Shown one piece after another: positions 39,006 to 49,092 of a stretch of 64,000 bases of DNA (its first letter is position 1; each line of letters opens with the position of its first letter). The translations under genes were made by a program, and so were the position numbers. The notes beneath the pieces were generated by a model, which was given only the letters and a program-made list of their open reading frames with translations, was not told the DNA's origin and made no database searches. Source of the DNA: an uncultured Nitrososphaerota archaeon (GTDB taxonomy: Archaea; Thermoproteota; Nitrososphaeria; Nitrososphaerales; Gagatemarchaeaceae); assembly GCA_963703285.1 (NCBI GenBank), contig OY969807.1, positions 1,088,001 to 1,152,000 of the forward strand. Reading direction: 5' to 3'.

Positions 39006-39129
39006 CGAAAGAGAGCCATAGGATCCGGGCTTTCCATTTCCTTTCCTGTGGCCCCTGTCTCCTTGCTTTGAAGCCGATTTAAGTAAAATTTATGACGGTT
39101 TGGGCCCATCTACTGCGGGTCAATGGCCG

Positions 39130-40446
39130 ATGGCCCGTCCAAAATTAGGTCAAAGCACGAGTGACAGGGTGTCAAGAACCGGCTCAATCGATTCGGTGGC
39201 TAGCAAGATACTCTCACAGTGCGAAGTCTTCTTCTTCGAGAGCCATGAACCGGGTAGAAATGCATCCAAGCTTCTTGATTCCACTACGGAGACGTTACTT
39301 CAATACGACGCCTTGAAGGACGAACTCTTACCTTATGACGTAAGCGAAACCCTTCGTAGTGCCCTTCTCACGATTCCCATTACTCATCGCCAAAACGCGA
39401 GAGCCCGCCTGAGAAGACTAATCTCAAGCAATTTGCTAGATGCTAAGGTTTTCGATATCTATTATGCCTTGAATCAAGTCTCGGGCTTTCCTAACCATTT
39501 TAAATTGGGCCATGGAGAGTTGCTCGCCTTTGATTCAGTCCCATCTTACGTCAGAAACAGAATGATACGGGCATGGAAAGGTGAATCGTTGGGCCATGGG
39601 CTGAACGCCAAGAGTTCTTCCGAATTCGTACAGTCGGGGAAGGAACATAACTGCCTGCACTTGACTGTCGCTCGTCGAGGGTTCGCTCGGGCCATAGCAG
39701 AGGCCAACAGAAAGGCCTACGAGTCGGTCAATCTCCTCCGGGTTGTTTACGGACAGGATGTCCCCTTGTTCACGCTAGTTCACGTAAGAAGGGGAAGTCA
39801 CTGGGACATAGGCGCTCTCTCCTACGGAGGCGGCGCCGTGAGGGATCGAAATATGTTCCCGGTAATCCAATACACGACCTGGCCATCTCTTCCTCATGGT
39901 ACGAGGAGAAAGCCATTGGAGACGCGGTATGGCCCTCACCATCTACTTGATATCCAGTACTCCGAGTCACTTGGTAGCATACTGTCCCGGTATAGAAGGC
40001 TGATGCTAAATGAGCATCCATCTGAGCTCGAAAGTAAGCTGAGAAACGCTCTTCTTCTCATTGGGTTCACGTGGGAGGTCGACCTTGATCAAGTCAAGTT
40101 CATCCTACTGATCACGGCTCTTGAAGCTCTGCTTCTGGAAGACTCAGGACAGGGGAACCTTCAACTGAGGCTTGCTGAACGGGTCGCGTTTCTTATTGGC
40201 GAATCTCCTGCAAGACGAGTGCAACTATATGACGAGATGAAGAGGTTCTATGGTCAACGCTCGCGATTTGTGCATCAAGGTGATTTTGAGGATAATGTGG
40301 ATGCTGATATCGCTGAACTCTTCGAAATAGCCAAAAGAGTTTGGGTCCGAGTTGAAGAACTCACAAAAGACGGCTTCGTTCAGCTTAGAAAGGACAAGCA
40401 GAAGAGATCTTTGGATGGTCTAGTTGAAAGGCTGAAATTCACATAA
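39130..40446 (+). CDS. ApeA-like HEPN domain protein
   Basis: L..ALEALL..LAERVAFL..Y..RSRFVHQG (RxxxxH). Confidence 0.8.
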   Translation: MARPKLGQSTSDRVSRTGSIDSVASKILSQCEVFFFESHEPGRNASKLLDSTTETLLQYDALKDELLPYDVSETLRSALLTIPITHRQNARARLRRLISSNLLDAKVFDIYYALNQVSGFPNHFKLGHGELLAFDSVPSYVRNRMIRAWKGESLGHGLNAKSSSEFVQSGKEHNCLHLTVARRGFARAIAEANRKAYESVNLLRVVYGQDVPLFTLVHVRRGSHWDIGALSYGGGAVRDRNMFPVIQYTTWPSLPHGTRRKPLETRYGPHHLLDIQYSESLGSILSRYRRLMLNEHPSELESKLRNALLLIGFTWEVDLDQVKFILLITALEALLLEDSGQGNLQLRLAERVAFLIGESPARRVQLYDEMKRFYGQRSRFVHQGDFEDNVDADIAELFEIAKRVWVRVEELTKDGFVQLRKDKQKRSLDGLVERLKFT

Positions 40447-40473
40447 TGCAGTTTTTGAGAAATCCATTCACAG

Positions 40474-40536
40474 TACGGCTTTGTTCTGGGCTAGAACGGC
40501 GAAGAGTTCCAAATCCAGCCGATGACAGGTACTTGA
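40474..40536 (+). repeat. tes 3'-end repeat, copy 2
   Basis: CTGGGCTAGAACGGCGAAGAGTTCCAAATCCAGCCGATGACAGGTACTTGA (NGEEFQIQPMTGT*). Confidence 0.8.
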
Positions 40537-40790
40537 ACTGATAGTAGAAAGCTCAACGCTTTCTATCCTCCACTTTCATCTTCAACCCACTGTTTACTTG
40601 TCGTTACGCTCTGATGCGGGATTATCCAGATGAATGTAGGCAATTCAATTCCGATGGTGTTAGGAGGCATGATAATTGGAACAAATCTGTATCATCCTAG
40701 GCTACAGAACGAGGTCTTCGGGTCATTGAAAGCTCGCGAAGGATATGAGATTCCCACTGTCAAGGTCGGCATTAGTACCGAAATTCAGCT

Positions 40791-42630
40791 TCATGACCAA
40801 ACAGCGCGGCTCACAGCCAAATCTCCAAGGATCTCTTCACGTTGCCTAATTGCCTCTTCACCAAATTCATTCAACTCGTCTCCCTCGAATGTCGCGTTAT
40901 TGACAGGAAGATTCATGGACAAATATCTTTCACGTTTTTGTTGGTATGGAAGAATTCCGAGTTCACTGTTCTCATCTTGTGAAAGAATTGTGAAATTTCC
41001 GAGCCGATCGACGAAATCCCCATGTTTCATATGCTTCGAAACGAGATACGCGTTCCAATCTGCATCAGGGTTTTGAGGAATCACATGTTCCAGGGTTATC
41101 TCCTTTCCCCACACTCTGTGAAGCGGGGTTGTTTCCATCTGGTCATTGATCATCGTTATGAGGTACTTGACCACTCGGCCCTTCCTATCCTTCATCTCGA
41201 CGAACGCTCTCTTGAGTTCTGCATCATCATGAGGCGTGACTTCCCTGATATGTCCGATGGCTGTTGGAAGGTCAAGACTCCCTGAACGGACCTCCAAGGC
41301 CCAAATACTGTACATCTCTTCCAATTCGTTCGGATTCCCTTCTAGTATTGTATACGCCTTGACACAGAGATTTCGATACGCCTCTAGCAACGATTCGATT
41401 CCACGCAAGTTCCCTGAGAATCGGATATACGCAGCTAGGAATAGAGGCAATGCTTGCCTAAAGCCCAAGTACTCGAGCTCACTAATGAGGTGAGAAATGC
41501 CACTGTGATTCGTCCACTCCGGAGAGGTAGGATCTCTTAGTGCAAAATAGGCTCTAGCTTCATTGGTCATCTTCTGCATGAATGTTTCGAAGGCGGGTGC
41601 AGTCTTTCCACCGATCTCGTTCTTAATCGCGGAACAACTTCTTCTTTCTAACAAACTCATAGTTTGAAAGCCAGAATTGACGCAGAAAATCATCAATATC
41701 ATCCCCTGCTATTTGAGAGAAGCCACTCCATATGTCCTCCATTCTAGGTTGGCCGAGGTCGTGCTCGAAAGTATCAAAGATGAAGTTCTTGAAGAGATCA
41801 CTAACCAAGAGTTTTGTCCCTCGTTGGTTGAGAGTCTCGAAGATCTCATACATGATTCCGATATCGGGAACCTTGTTGTCAAGAACATAGAATCCCGCAG
41901 AAAGCGATGTGTGAAGATCACGCAAATACGACTCGCTTACATCGTTCGATAAGGATGACAAGGCTGCGCGTAGCTGATCTTGATTGTTACCTGTGAGGCG
42001 TGTATTATTGATTCGTGCAATATCCTGGACTAATCTCAGATGATAGAACCGGTAGCAACCAACGATGGCTGAGTTGCTTTTTCCTTCCCCCTTCTCCTCA
42101 CGCAGGGTTGAGATCTTCGAAAGAGAATCCCCCTGGGCACCGCCAGCCGCGCGCAAAGTCAACACCCTGTCAAATAGCACCGAACTATCTTTTCCCAATT
42201 TAACACGAGAAGTGCTCAGACCTCCCGCAGTTTGAAGGAGTGAATCGTGAATTCTTCCTAGCACGTTAGCTCCTTCCGCCGAGATGTTGTAGATGGCTCG
42301 CTTGTAGTCAAGCAAGTCATAAATGACAATTTCGACAATAGCGAGGGTCGCCAATCGTTGCTGTCCGTCGAGGATTCGTAGAGTCCTAGCTTCCCCATTT
42401 GGCAAGAAAAACATCGGGCCGAGAAAATGGAAATTATCATGTGAATCGCGGTCCCCCCTCTGCCGTGCCCTTAACAGATCTTGCAGATCTTCCCAGAGGT
42501 CAAGCCAATTATCACTGTCCCAAGAATATCCTCGTTGATTGACGGGAACGACGAAACGATTATTGCGAAACAACTCCCCAATTTGGACTGGTTTCGAGGA
42601 AGGCAGTACATAGTTCTCAAAATCACTCAT
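40791..42630 (-). CDS. DUF262-DUF1524 (GmrSD/SspE-like) nuclease, frameshifted near 41630
   Basis: QRGYSW, DGQQR and IFETLN.RG..L..SD..KN (DUF262); LEHVIPQ..LGN..L...N (DUF1524 HNH). Confidence 0.88.
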
Positions 42631-42749
42631 AAATCGATATTTGTTGGTAATGATACATATGGCTTTTGCCCGTATCATACGTTCTTGCAAATTGACTTAG
42701 CTTTGGGTATTCCACCTCGAAGCCCAGACAGAATCTTATATAGTCAAAG

Positions 42750-43691
42750 GTGAAACAAGAGCCAGAGAAATTGAATGTTCCTGAGCTAGAAATTGCCGGT
42801 CTTCCTCAGGCAATTGAAAGAAGGTCTGCATTCCCGTTCATCAAATGGGCGGGAGGAAAGGGCCATCTTCTCAGCGAGATTATGCGCTATGTCCCGAGGG
42901 ATTTCTCAGGAGATTACTATGAACCATTCCTGGGGGGTGGGGCAGTGTTCTTCGCGTTGTACCGAACAGGCCACAGTTTCAAGGCTTATCTCTCGGACAC
43001 GAATGAAGAACTAATAAATTGCTATGAAATGGTCAAGAATAGACCAGCCGACCTGCTCGTGCTGCTGAAGATCTTGCAGCAGCAATTTCATGATGCGACA
43101 AACAAAGAAGTCTACTTCTACAATGTAAGAAGTCTGACTCCGACAAGCGGTCTCCAGGCCGCTGCAAGATTCATCTTCCTGAATAAGACATGCTATAACG
43201 GTCTATATCGCGTGAACAAGAAGGGAGTATTCAACGTTCCTTTTGGCGGGTATAGGAAACCCAATATCGTCAACGAAAGCAAGCTTTTCTCAGGAAGCAA
43301 GGCTCTGAACGAATCCAAGTCGAAGTTGAGCGTCTTGGACTACAAGAAATCGATTGATCGATGTCAATCCGGCGATTTGGTTTACCTCGATCCTCCATAT
43401 CACCCAACAAGCAAGACTGCGGCATTCACTGACTACACTACTCAAGGATTCACAGAGCTGGATCAAAGAAACCTTCGGGATTCGTTCGTTTCACTGGCAG
43501 AGCGTGGGTGCAAGGTTGTTCTCACCAATTCCGATACTGGATTAGTAAGAACCCTCTATGATGATTTCCGTAGGAAGCGACTCTTGGTTTCCCGTCCAAT
43601 AAGCTGCAAAGGTTCAGGGCGAAAGGGATTCCACGAGTTACTGGTTTCAAATGTTCCTAGAATAGACACCCAGATCAGTGATTTTGTATGA
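42750..43691 (+). CDS. dam: DNA adenine methyltransferase (Dam, D12 class)
   Basis: KWAGGK, EPFLGGG, RFIFLNKTCYNGLYRVN..G.FNVPFG and DPPY motifs. Confidence 0.95.
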   Translation: MKQEPEKLNVPELEIAGLPQAIERRSAFPFIKWAGGKGHLLSEIMRYVPRDFSGDYYEPFLGGGAVFFALYRTGHSFKAYLSDTNEELINCYEMVKNRPADLLVLLKILQQQFHDATNKEVYFYNVRSLTPTSGLQAAARFIFLNKTCYNGLYRVNKKGVFNVPFGGYRKPNIVNESKLFSGSKALNESKSKLSVLDYKKSIDRCQSGDLVYLDPPYHPTSKTAAFTDYTTQGFTELDQRNLRDSFVSLAERGCKVVLTNSDTGLVRTLYDDFRRKRLLVSRPISCKGSGRKGFHELLVSNVPRIDTQISDFV

Positions 43692-44227
43692 GTTCTTTGT
43701 TGATCATCCTGTCGCAACGCGAAAGAATCCCGAAAGTTCCGCAGGCGAACGAGATTAATCGAATCATTGAGTTAGTCGAGAAAGTGGGTGAAGGTGCTCA
43801 TGATGCCAAGACAATTGGTAAGAGAATGAGTTTTGATCCTCGACAGAGTTCTTACTACCGCGAGGCAGCCGAAATGCTGGGATTTCTTAATCAGCGGAAG
43901 CACTATTCCCTAACTGAGTTGGGAAAACAACTCATGGTGGCCGATCCAACAGCCCGAACACGCATTCTCTTCCTTTCCTTGCTGCGCTTTCCGGTAACCG
44001 GGATAATAGTTGAGAGTCTGGAGGCGGGGCTGCAGGAGTGGATTACTAAGGACGAAATCGAAGTGTATATGGCGAAAGTCAGCAAGCTAGATCCAGATAC
44101 TGTCAAGCGGCGGACGCAAACAATCCTCGCATGGCTGAAATGGCTGGCGAAGAACGGCGGAATCATCGAAGTTTCGAATGATGTAGTAAGGCTATCGTCT
44201 CAATATCGTTTGACGAACTTTGATTGA
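43688..44227 (+). CDS. Stand-alone winged-helix protein (DUF7226-like)
   Basis: PQAN, FDPRQSSYY..AA..LG, LT..G and T..RR..T...W..W motifs; ATGA overlap with dam. Confidence 0.7.
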   Translation: MSSLLIILSQRERIPKVPQANEINRIIELVEKVGEGAHDAKTIGKRMSFDPRQSSYYREAAEMLGFLNQRKHYSLTELGKQLMVADPTARTRILFLSLLRFPVTGIIVESLEAGLQEWITKDEIEVYMAKVSKLDPDTVKRRTQTILAWLKWLAKNGGIIEVSNDVVRLSSQYRLTNFD

Positions 44228-44308
44228 CAGAGAATCTCTGTCCGATTAATGGCATATCGACCAGTTCCCTAGAAGTATAAAGAGAGCCTAGAATTCGATT
44301 TCCGCGAA

Positions 44309-46447
44309 TTGGGTTTACGCGACCTGCCTCTAAAGGCTGCGTACGATTCTGACGAGGATGACGTCTTGAATGATTTCTACATCCCAGTTCTTTCAGAATC
44401 CATACGATACAGGAGACTTGCTGGATTCTTCTCTTCCACCTCGCTTGCTGTGGCCGCCCGAGGCATCTACAATTTTGTCTTAAGGGGAGGAGAGATGGAG
44501 CTCATCACGAGCGCGTATCTCAGCAAACAGGATGTAGAGGCAATTCGAGCCGGATTGAAAGAGGCCGATCAAGCCATTTCCAAGTCCGCCCTCGATGAAT
44601 TGGGCAGTATAACTGAGGAGTCGGTGAAGAATAACTTGAAGACACTTGCGTGGCTCGTCGCGAGTAGAAAGCTAAGAATCAAAATCGCCATTCCAATGGA
44701 CGATGGAGGGTGCCCCTTGGAAAGGGATGCAATTGAAACTAAAGGAATATTCCATCAAAAAGTCGGATTGCTCGTGGACGAAAGCGGAGACTCAATTTCC
44801 TTTAGTGGGTCGATCAATGAAACGGCGTACGCTTGGACGAGTAATATCGAGGAATTCAAGGTCTTCAGAAGTTGGGACCAAACTCAAAACTCTTACCTCA
44901 CTAGCGACCGCGCCAAGTTGGACAAGTACTGGACGGGGAGTCCGAAGAACACCCGGGTTATCGACCTACCTACGGCAATTAGGGAACGGCTGCTTGCCAT
45001 GGCTCCGACAAGAATGGAGGATCTCGTCCCTGATGGCAAGGGTCCTGCGCATTCAGGCAGCTTCGTATTGCGCGACTATCAGATAGAAGCAATTGAGAAG
45101 TGGCGCGAGAATGGCTTTAGGGGGATCTTGTCCATGGCAACCGGGACTGGCAAGACACTCACTGCGCTAAGCGCCATCAAGGAACACGTACCCACGACCG
45201 CCCTGAACATCATCGCGGTTCCCACGATCCTGTTGGCAAATCAGTGGAAAGAAGCAATACGAAGAGTGTTTCCGGACTCACTAACACTTGAGTGCGATTC
45301 CTCTACAGCAAATTGGGAAAGCAAACTGAGGGTAATCGCTGATCACCTGAACACTGCTTCTCCAAGCTCCAAGAGATTCTTCGCCATCATTATTCAACGA
45401 ACTGCGGGAACTGAACGCTTCGTCAACATGATTGCGGCACTACCTTCTGAGAAATTATGTCTGGTAGGTGATGAAGTACATCATATGGGCGCCCGCGTTT
45501 CAAGCAACATCATGACGAAGGACTTTTCCTTCAGGCTTGGGCTCAGTGCAACGCCGGAGCGATTTTGGGATGAGGAGGGTCAAAGCCGCATCGTTCAGTT
45601 CTTCGGCCGCATTGTCTTCGACTATCCGATAAGTCGAGCTTTGAAGGATAAAGTTCTGTGCGAGTACTTGTATTATGTTAAGCCGGCGATATTGGAGGAT
45701 ACCGAACTAATCCAGTATTCAGACGTAACAACGGCCATCTCTGGGAAAATCACACGACTACAACGCCTGTACCCCTCATTGAGGAGTCTTGCGTTCCCTA
45801 GCCTTCTTGGGAAGCTGGGTGCACTGGATCCTGATGAGTTTTCGTCGCTGCAAGCGCTTCTTCAAACTCGGGTTAACATACTCAAGCGCGCACACAACAA
45901 GATAGAAGCGACCCGTGAGATAGTCCAAGCTGGCGGATTGAAACGATGTCTTATCTACTGCAATGATATAGAACACGTTAAGGAGGTCGTTGAGATGCTT
46001 GGGACTTTAAATATCGGTGCCCTCGAATACGATTCTTCGATGAAGGACGAGGACAAGGAATCGAATCTCTCCTCGTTTGCTGCAGAATCTGGTGGTTTTC
46101 TTGTTGCAGTTAGGTGCCTCGACGAGGGAGCCGATATTCCTTCATGTGATAGTGCCATAATCGTATCAAGTTCGAAGAATTCAAGGGAATTCATTCAGCG
46201 CAGAGGAAGAATGCTCAGGCGCAGCGAAAACAAAGATTTTGCAAGAATCCACGACATACTCATTTTGCCGATGGACCCAGATTCATCCTCTCGGAGTCTG
46301 TCTGAACCGGAGTACCGAATCATTGATTCAGAACTGGATAGAGCGCGCCTATTCGCTGAGTCCGCTAAGAATAGCTCCGAAGTGTTGCTCGACATTGCCC
46401 GAATTGCGAGGGCGCTGTCGGCGAAGGTGAAGCGGGGAGAAGAGTGA
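44309..46447 (+). CDS. pbeA: PLD nuclease plus SF2 helicase, PbeA-like
   Basis: FYIP.L..Y.R.AGFFSS; FHQK.G...D..F.GS.NET; MATGTGKT; DEVH; GLSATP; LDEG.D.P; QRRGR.LR. Confidence 0.85.
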   Translation: MGLRDLPLKAAYDSDEDDVLNDFYIPVLSESIRYRRLAGFFSSTSLAVAARGIYNFVLRGGEMELITSAYLSKQDVEAIRAGLKEADQAISKSALDELGSITEESVKNNLKTLAWLVASRKLRIKIAIPMDDGGCPLERDAIETKGIFHQKVGLLVDESGDSISFSGSINETAYAWTSNIEEFKVFRSWDQTQNSYLTSDRAKLDKYWTGSPKNTRVIDLPTAIRERLLAMAPTRMEDLVPDGKGPAHSGSFVLRDYQIEAIEKWRENGFRGILSMATGTGKTLTALSAIKEHVPTTALNIIAVPTILLANQWKEAIRRVFPDSLTLECDSSTANWESKLRVIADHLNTASPSSKRFFAIIIQRTAGTERFVNMIAALPSEKLCLVGDEVHHMGARVSSNIMTKDFSFRLGLSATPERFWDEEGQSRIVQFFGRIVFDYPISRALKDKVLCEYLYYVKPAILEDTELIQYSDVTTAISGKITRLQRLYPSLRSLAFPSLLGKLGALDPDEFSSLQALLQTRVNILKRAHNKIEATREIVQAGGLKRCLIYCNDIEHVKEVVEMLGTLNIGALEYDSSMKDEDKESNLSSFAAESGGFLVAVRCLDEGADIPSCDSAIIVSSSKNSREFIQRRGRMLRRSENKDFARIHDILILPMDPDSSSRSLSEPEYRIIDSELDRARLFAESAKNSSEVLLDIARIARALSAKVKRGEE

Positions 46448-46451
46448 AACC

Positions 46452-46631
46452 TTGGCAAAGATTGATCCCATTCTCGACCAATTGATCCAAGAGGCGTCAA
46501 AGAAGTTTGACGTTCCTGAGTCGCTGCTCTCTTCGATAATCCTAGAAGAGAAAATCCAGCGATACAGAAGGGGAGGAGACAAGAAGATCGTGATAGAAAA
46601 GCTAGCTAAGATTCTCGAAGAAGGAGAGTAG
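46452..46631 (+). CDS. pbeB: Small helical protein, PbeB-like (59 aa, absent from the ORF track)
   Basis: TTG start; MAKIDPILDQLIQEASKKFDVPESLLSSIILEEKIQRYRRGG..; lies between the helicase and ATPase genes. Confidence 0.7.
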   Translation: MAKIDPILDQLIQEASKKFDVPESLLSSIILEEKIQRYRRGGDKKIVIEKLAKILEEGE

Positions 46632-46634
46632 AAG

Positions 46635-48632
46635 ATGAAGCTCGTAGAACTCTCGATGGAGAATTTTCGCTCATACAAGGAGAAAAAACCAGTTAAGTTC
46701 CCTACAACAGATGAGAAACCGCTAGTCACCTTTGTGGGAAACAACGGAGCTGGCAAGACAACAATATTCCTCGCTATAATATGGGCGCTCTATGGTGAAA
46801 GAGCCATACGCGCGTACGCGGAGAACCGCCCGACGGACACCCAGGCTCCTCGTACAAACTTCGACCTGCTCAACAGTGACGTGGTAGAAACAAGCCCAAA
46901 GCCTTTCATGCGCGTCACTCTGGTTTTTGAGCACGGTTCAAAGAAGTATATTCTGTGGAGAAGGATCACGTCAAACCGTTCGAATCCCCAGTCAAATCGG
47001 GATCTTGCTGGAGAGGAGATCGAGCTGAAGGAAATCGGAAAGCCGTCACATGAGAACTTCCCGCAAGGAGTGATCGACGACATTCTTCCCTTCGAAGCAT
47101 CACAATTCTTCCTCTTTGATGGGGAAGAAGTCCGACGATACAGCGGGGGAAAGGCCAAGGAGACACAAGAGGCAATTGAACTCGTTCTTGGCATCCCAGA
47201 AATTCGTGAGGCGAGAGACGACATGACGAAAATCCAGAGACGCTTGTTGGAGCGACTTCGAGAAGAGCCCAACGTCTCAGAGAACATGAGAAATATCAGT
47301 AATGGTCTTGAACTCGCCATAAGAAACGAACGGACGTTTGGAGACACTCTGGAGGCCAAGAGAAAGGAGTTCGCCAACGTTGAAACGGAACTTAGGCAAG
47401 CGCAACTCCGGCGCGAGGAACTGAAGGAGATAGCTGACGAGAACGCTCAATTACAAAGGATTATCGCAGAAAAGAAGGCAACAGACGAATCAATAATCGA
47501 AAACGAGGCACGGCGTAACGAGTTGGTCGATAGGTTGCCTTACTTCTTGATAATACCACAGGTTAGGGAGACTCTAGCTAGATTCAAGAAAATTTCGGGA
47601 ACAGATGATCTTACTTCGAGAATCAGGAATCTTGCCGTTAGGACTGAGACGATAGATGAGCTACTTAACTCCACGACAGGCACATGTCTGTGCGGCTCGA
47701 CACTGGATGATTCACACAGGCGTCATCTTCTGTTGGCACGAAAATCGCTGGAAGAGGAGTCTAAGGAGCTGGGTCTCCGCGCTTCAAAGAAAACCGTTCC
47801 GCCCACGGAGGACATTCAGTACGTGTTAGGTCGCCTCGAAGGCGTGAATGTCGACTTCAAGCAATTGGACCGGACTATCAATGAGCTTAAGGTGAGTTTG
47901 ATCGAGCTCGATGACCAGAGACTTGCTCTTGAAAAGAAGATCAAGGGAAGCGACGTTCGGGAAGCTGCCCAGGTCCAGACACTGATCGAACAGCTCAGCG
48001 TTCGGAAGGGAAAGCTGGAGGCCGAGATTGAAAGTGGTCGAGTGTATTATAACCAAGCTCTGACGGCAAAGGAAAGACTAACAGGCCTTCTAAGAAAAAC
48101 TCAGGGAGAATTGGGAACTATGTCAACGGTTTCTGTTCGGCAACAGACAGCCTCGAAGCTAGTAGAAGCGTTAAGTTGGATAATTGAGGAGTTATCGTCA
48201 AAGAAAAAGAGATTGATAATTGACAACGCTTCGAAATTCTTCGGTACCGTCTCAGAAGATGCTGGATGGAGTGGGATTCAAATGGATGACGACTACTCGA
48301 TCTGGTTGCTTGATGCCAAGGGAAGACGCACAATTCCTGCTGAAGGCTGGAAAGAACTAGTCGCTCTATCGCTAATATACGGTCTGAACAAGGCGGCCAA
48401 CTACGAAGCTCCTGTTGTGATGGATTTCGTGCTTGGGCGTCTTGACTCCTCGCGCCAGATCGGTGTTGTAGACAATCTCGCGGATTTCGCAAAACAGATC
48501 GTTATACTGTTCCTAGACTCTGAAATCCAAACCGAGAGGGTGAAAGAAAGATTGTCTTCTCTTTCCGCCGCCCAGTATGAAATAGAGAGAGATTCAAGCG
48601 GTGGGAGTATTGTCCAGGAGCTAGGAAGATGA
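46635..48632 (+). CDS. pbeC: SMC/Rad50-like ABC ATPase, PbeC/DndD-like
   Basis: ENFRSY, GNNGAGKTT, FFLFDGE, coiled coils, CLCG hook and PVVMD..LGRLD. Confidence 0.85.
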   Translation: MKLVELSMENFRSYKEKKPVKFPTTDEKPLVTFVGNNGAGKTTIFLAIIWALYGERAIRAYAENRPTDTQAPRTNFDLLNSDVVETSPKPFMRVTLVFEHGSKKYILWRRITSNRSNPQSNRDLAGEEIELKEIGKPSHENFPQGVIDDILPFEASQFFLFDGEEVRRYSGGKAKETQEAIELVLGIPEIREARDDMTKIQRRLLERLREEPNVSENMRNISNGLELAIRNERTFGDTLEAKRKEFANVETELRQAQLRREELKEIADENAQLQRIIAEKKATDESIIENEARRNELVDRLPYFLIIPQVRETLARFKKISGTDDLTSRIRNLAVRTETIDELLNSTTGTCLCGSTLDDSHRRHLLLARKSLEEESKELGLRASKKTVPPTEDIQYVLGRLEGVNVDFKQLDRTINELKVSLIELDDQRLALEKKIKGSDVREAAQVQTLIEQLSVRKGKLEAEIESGRVYYNQALTAKERLTGLLRKTQGELGTMSTVSVRQQTASKLVEALSWIIEELSSKKKRLIIDNASKFFGTVSEDAGWSGIQMDDDYSIWLLDAKGRRTIPAEGWKELVALSLIYGLNKAANYEAPVVMDFVLGRLDSSRQIGVVDNLADFAKQIVILFLDSEIQTERVKERLSSLSAAQYEIERDSSGGSIVQELGR

Positions 48633-49039
48633 GCAACGAAGGAATTGGGTTTGCTTATCTTGATCCCGGACAGAGGTTCGCCACGTCGAAAGAAGGGAAG
48701 AGGATTCTTGAAGAGTTAGTCAAAGGCAATGAGAGTTTCCATCCCTTCGGGACACAGGTGGGGATATTCATGCTAGCTCTTGCCGTGGGGATAATTACGC
48801 GGGATATTTCTGACGATAAGCTAACTGAGACAATATTCGTTCTTTCGACTTACCGAAATAATGATGAGTTCGGCGTCTATCCACTAGTTGTAAAATCAAT
48901 GTATCCGGAGTTAGACGAAAAGGAGACCGGAGAAATGATAGAAAAGTTTGCTGATGCAGGACTGAAGACATTATACAAGGAGTTCACAGCCAGCGGCAAG
49001 ATTGATTTTGAGAAGTGGATTGCCCTTTCAAGGAAATAG
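48629..49039 (+). CDS. pbeD: PbeD-like small protein
   Basis: IFMLALAVG..EKFA.AGL..L; ATGA overlap with the ATPase gene. Confidence 0.65.
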   Translation: MSNEGIGFAYLDPGQRFATSKEGKRILEELVKGNESFHPFGTQVGIFMLALAVGIITRDISDDKLTETIFVLSTYRNNDEFGVYPLVVKSMYPELDEKETGEMIEKFADAGLKTLYKEFTASGKIDFEKWIALSRK

Positions 49040-49092
49040 GCGATCTGGGCTAACTCTTCCCTGAGAACTTAGGAGATAAGAGAGAGGGAATG

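Noticed and set aside
44265-44286. Possible fifth tes-tail repeat (TTCCCTAGAA.....AAGAGA)
   Set aside because: Lacks the CGGCG core and the HIQP codons; better explained as the pbeA TATA promoter.
44309-49039. Complete Dnd phosphorothioation system
   Set aside because: No DndC (PAPS reductase-like), DndA or DndB in the window. The ATPase sits in PbeC context. The TusA/DsrEHF genes are outside the island and nothing links them to it.
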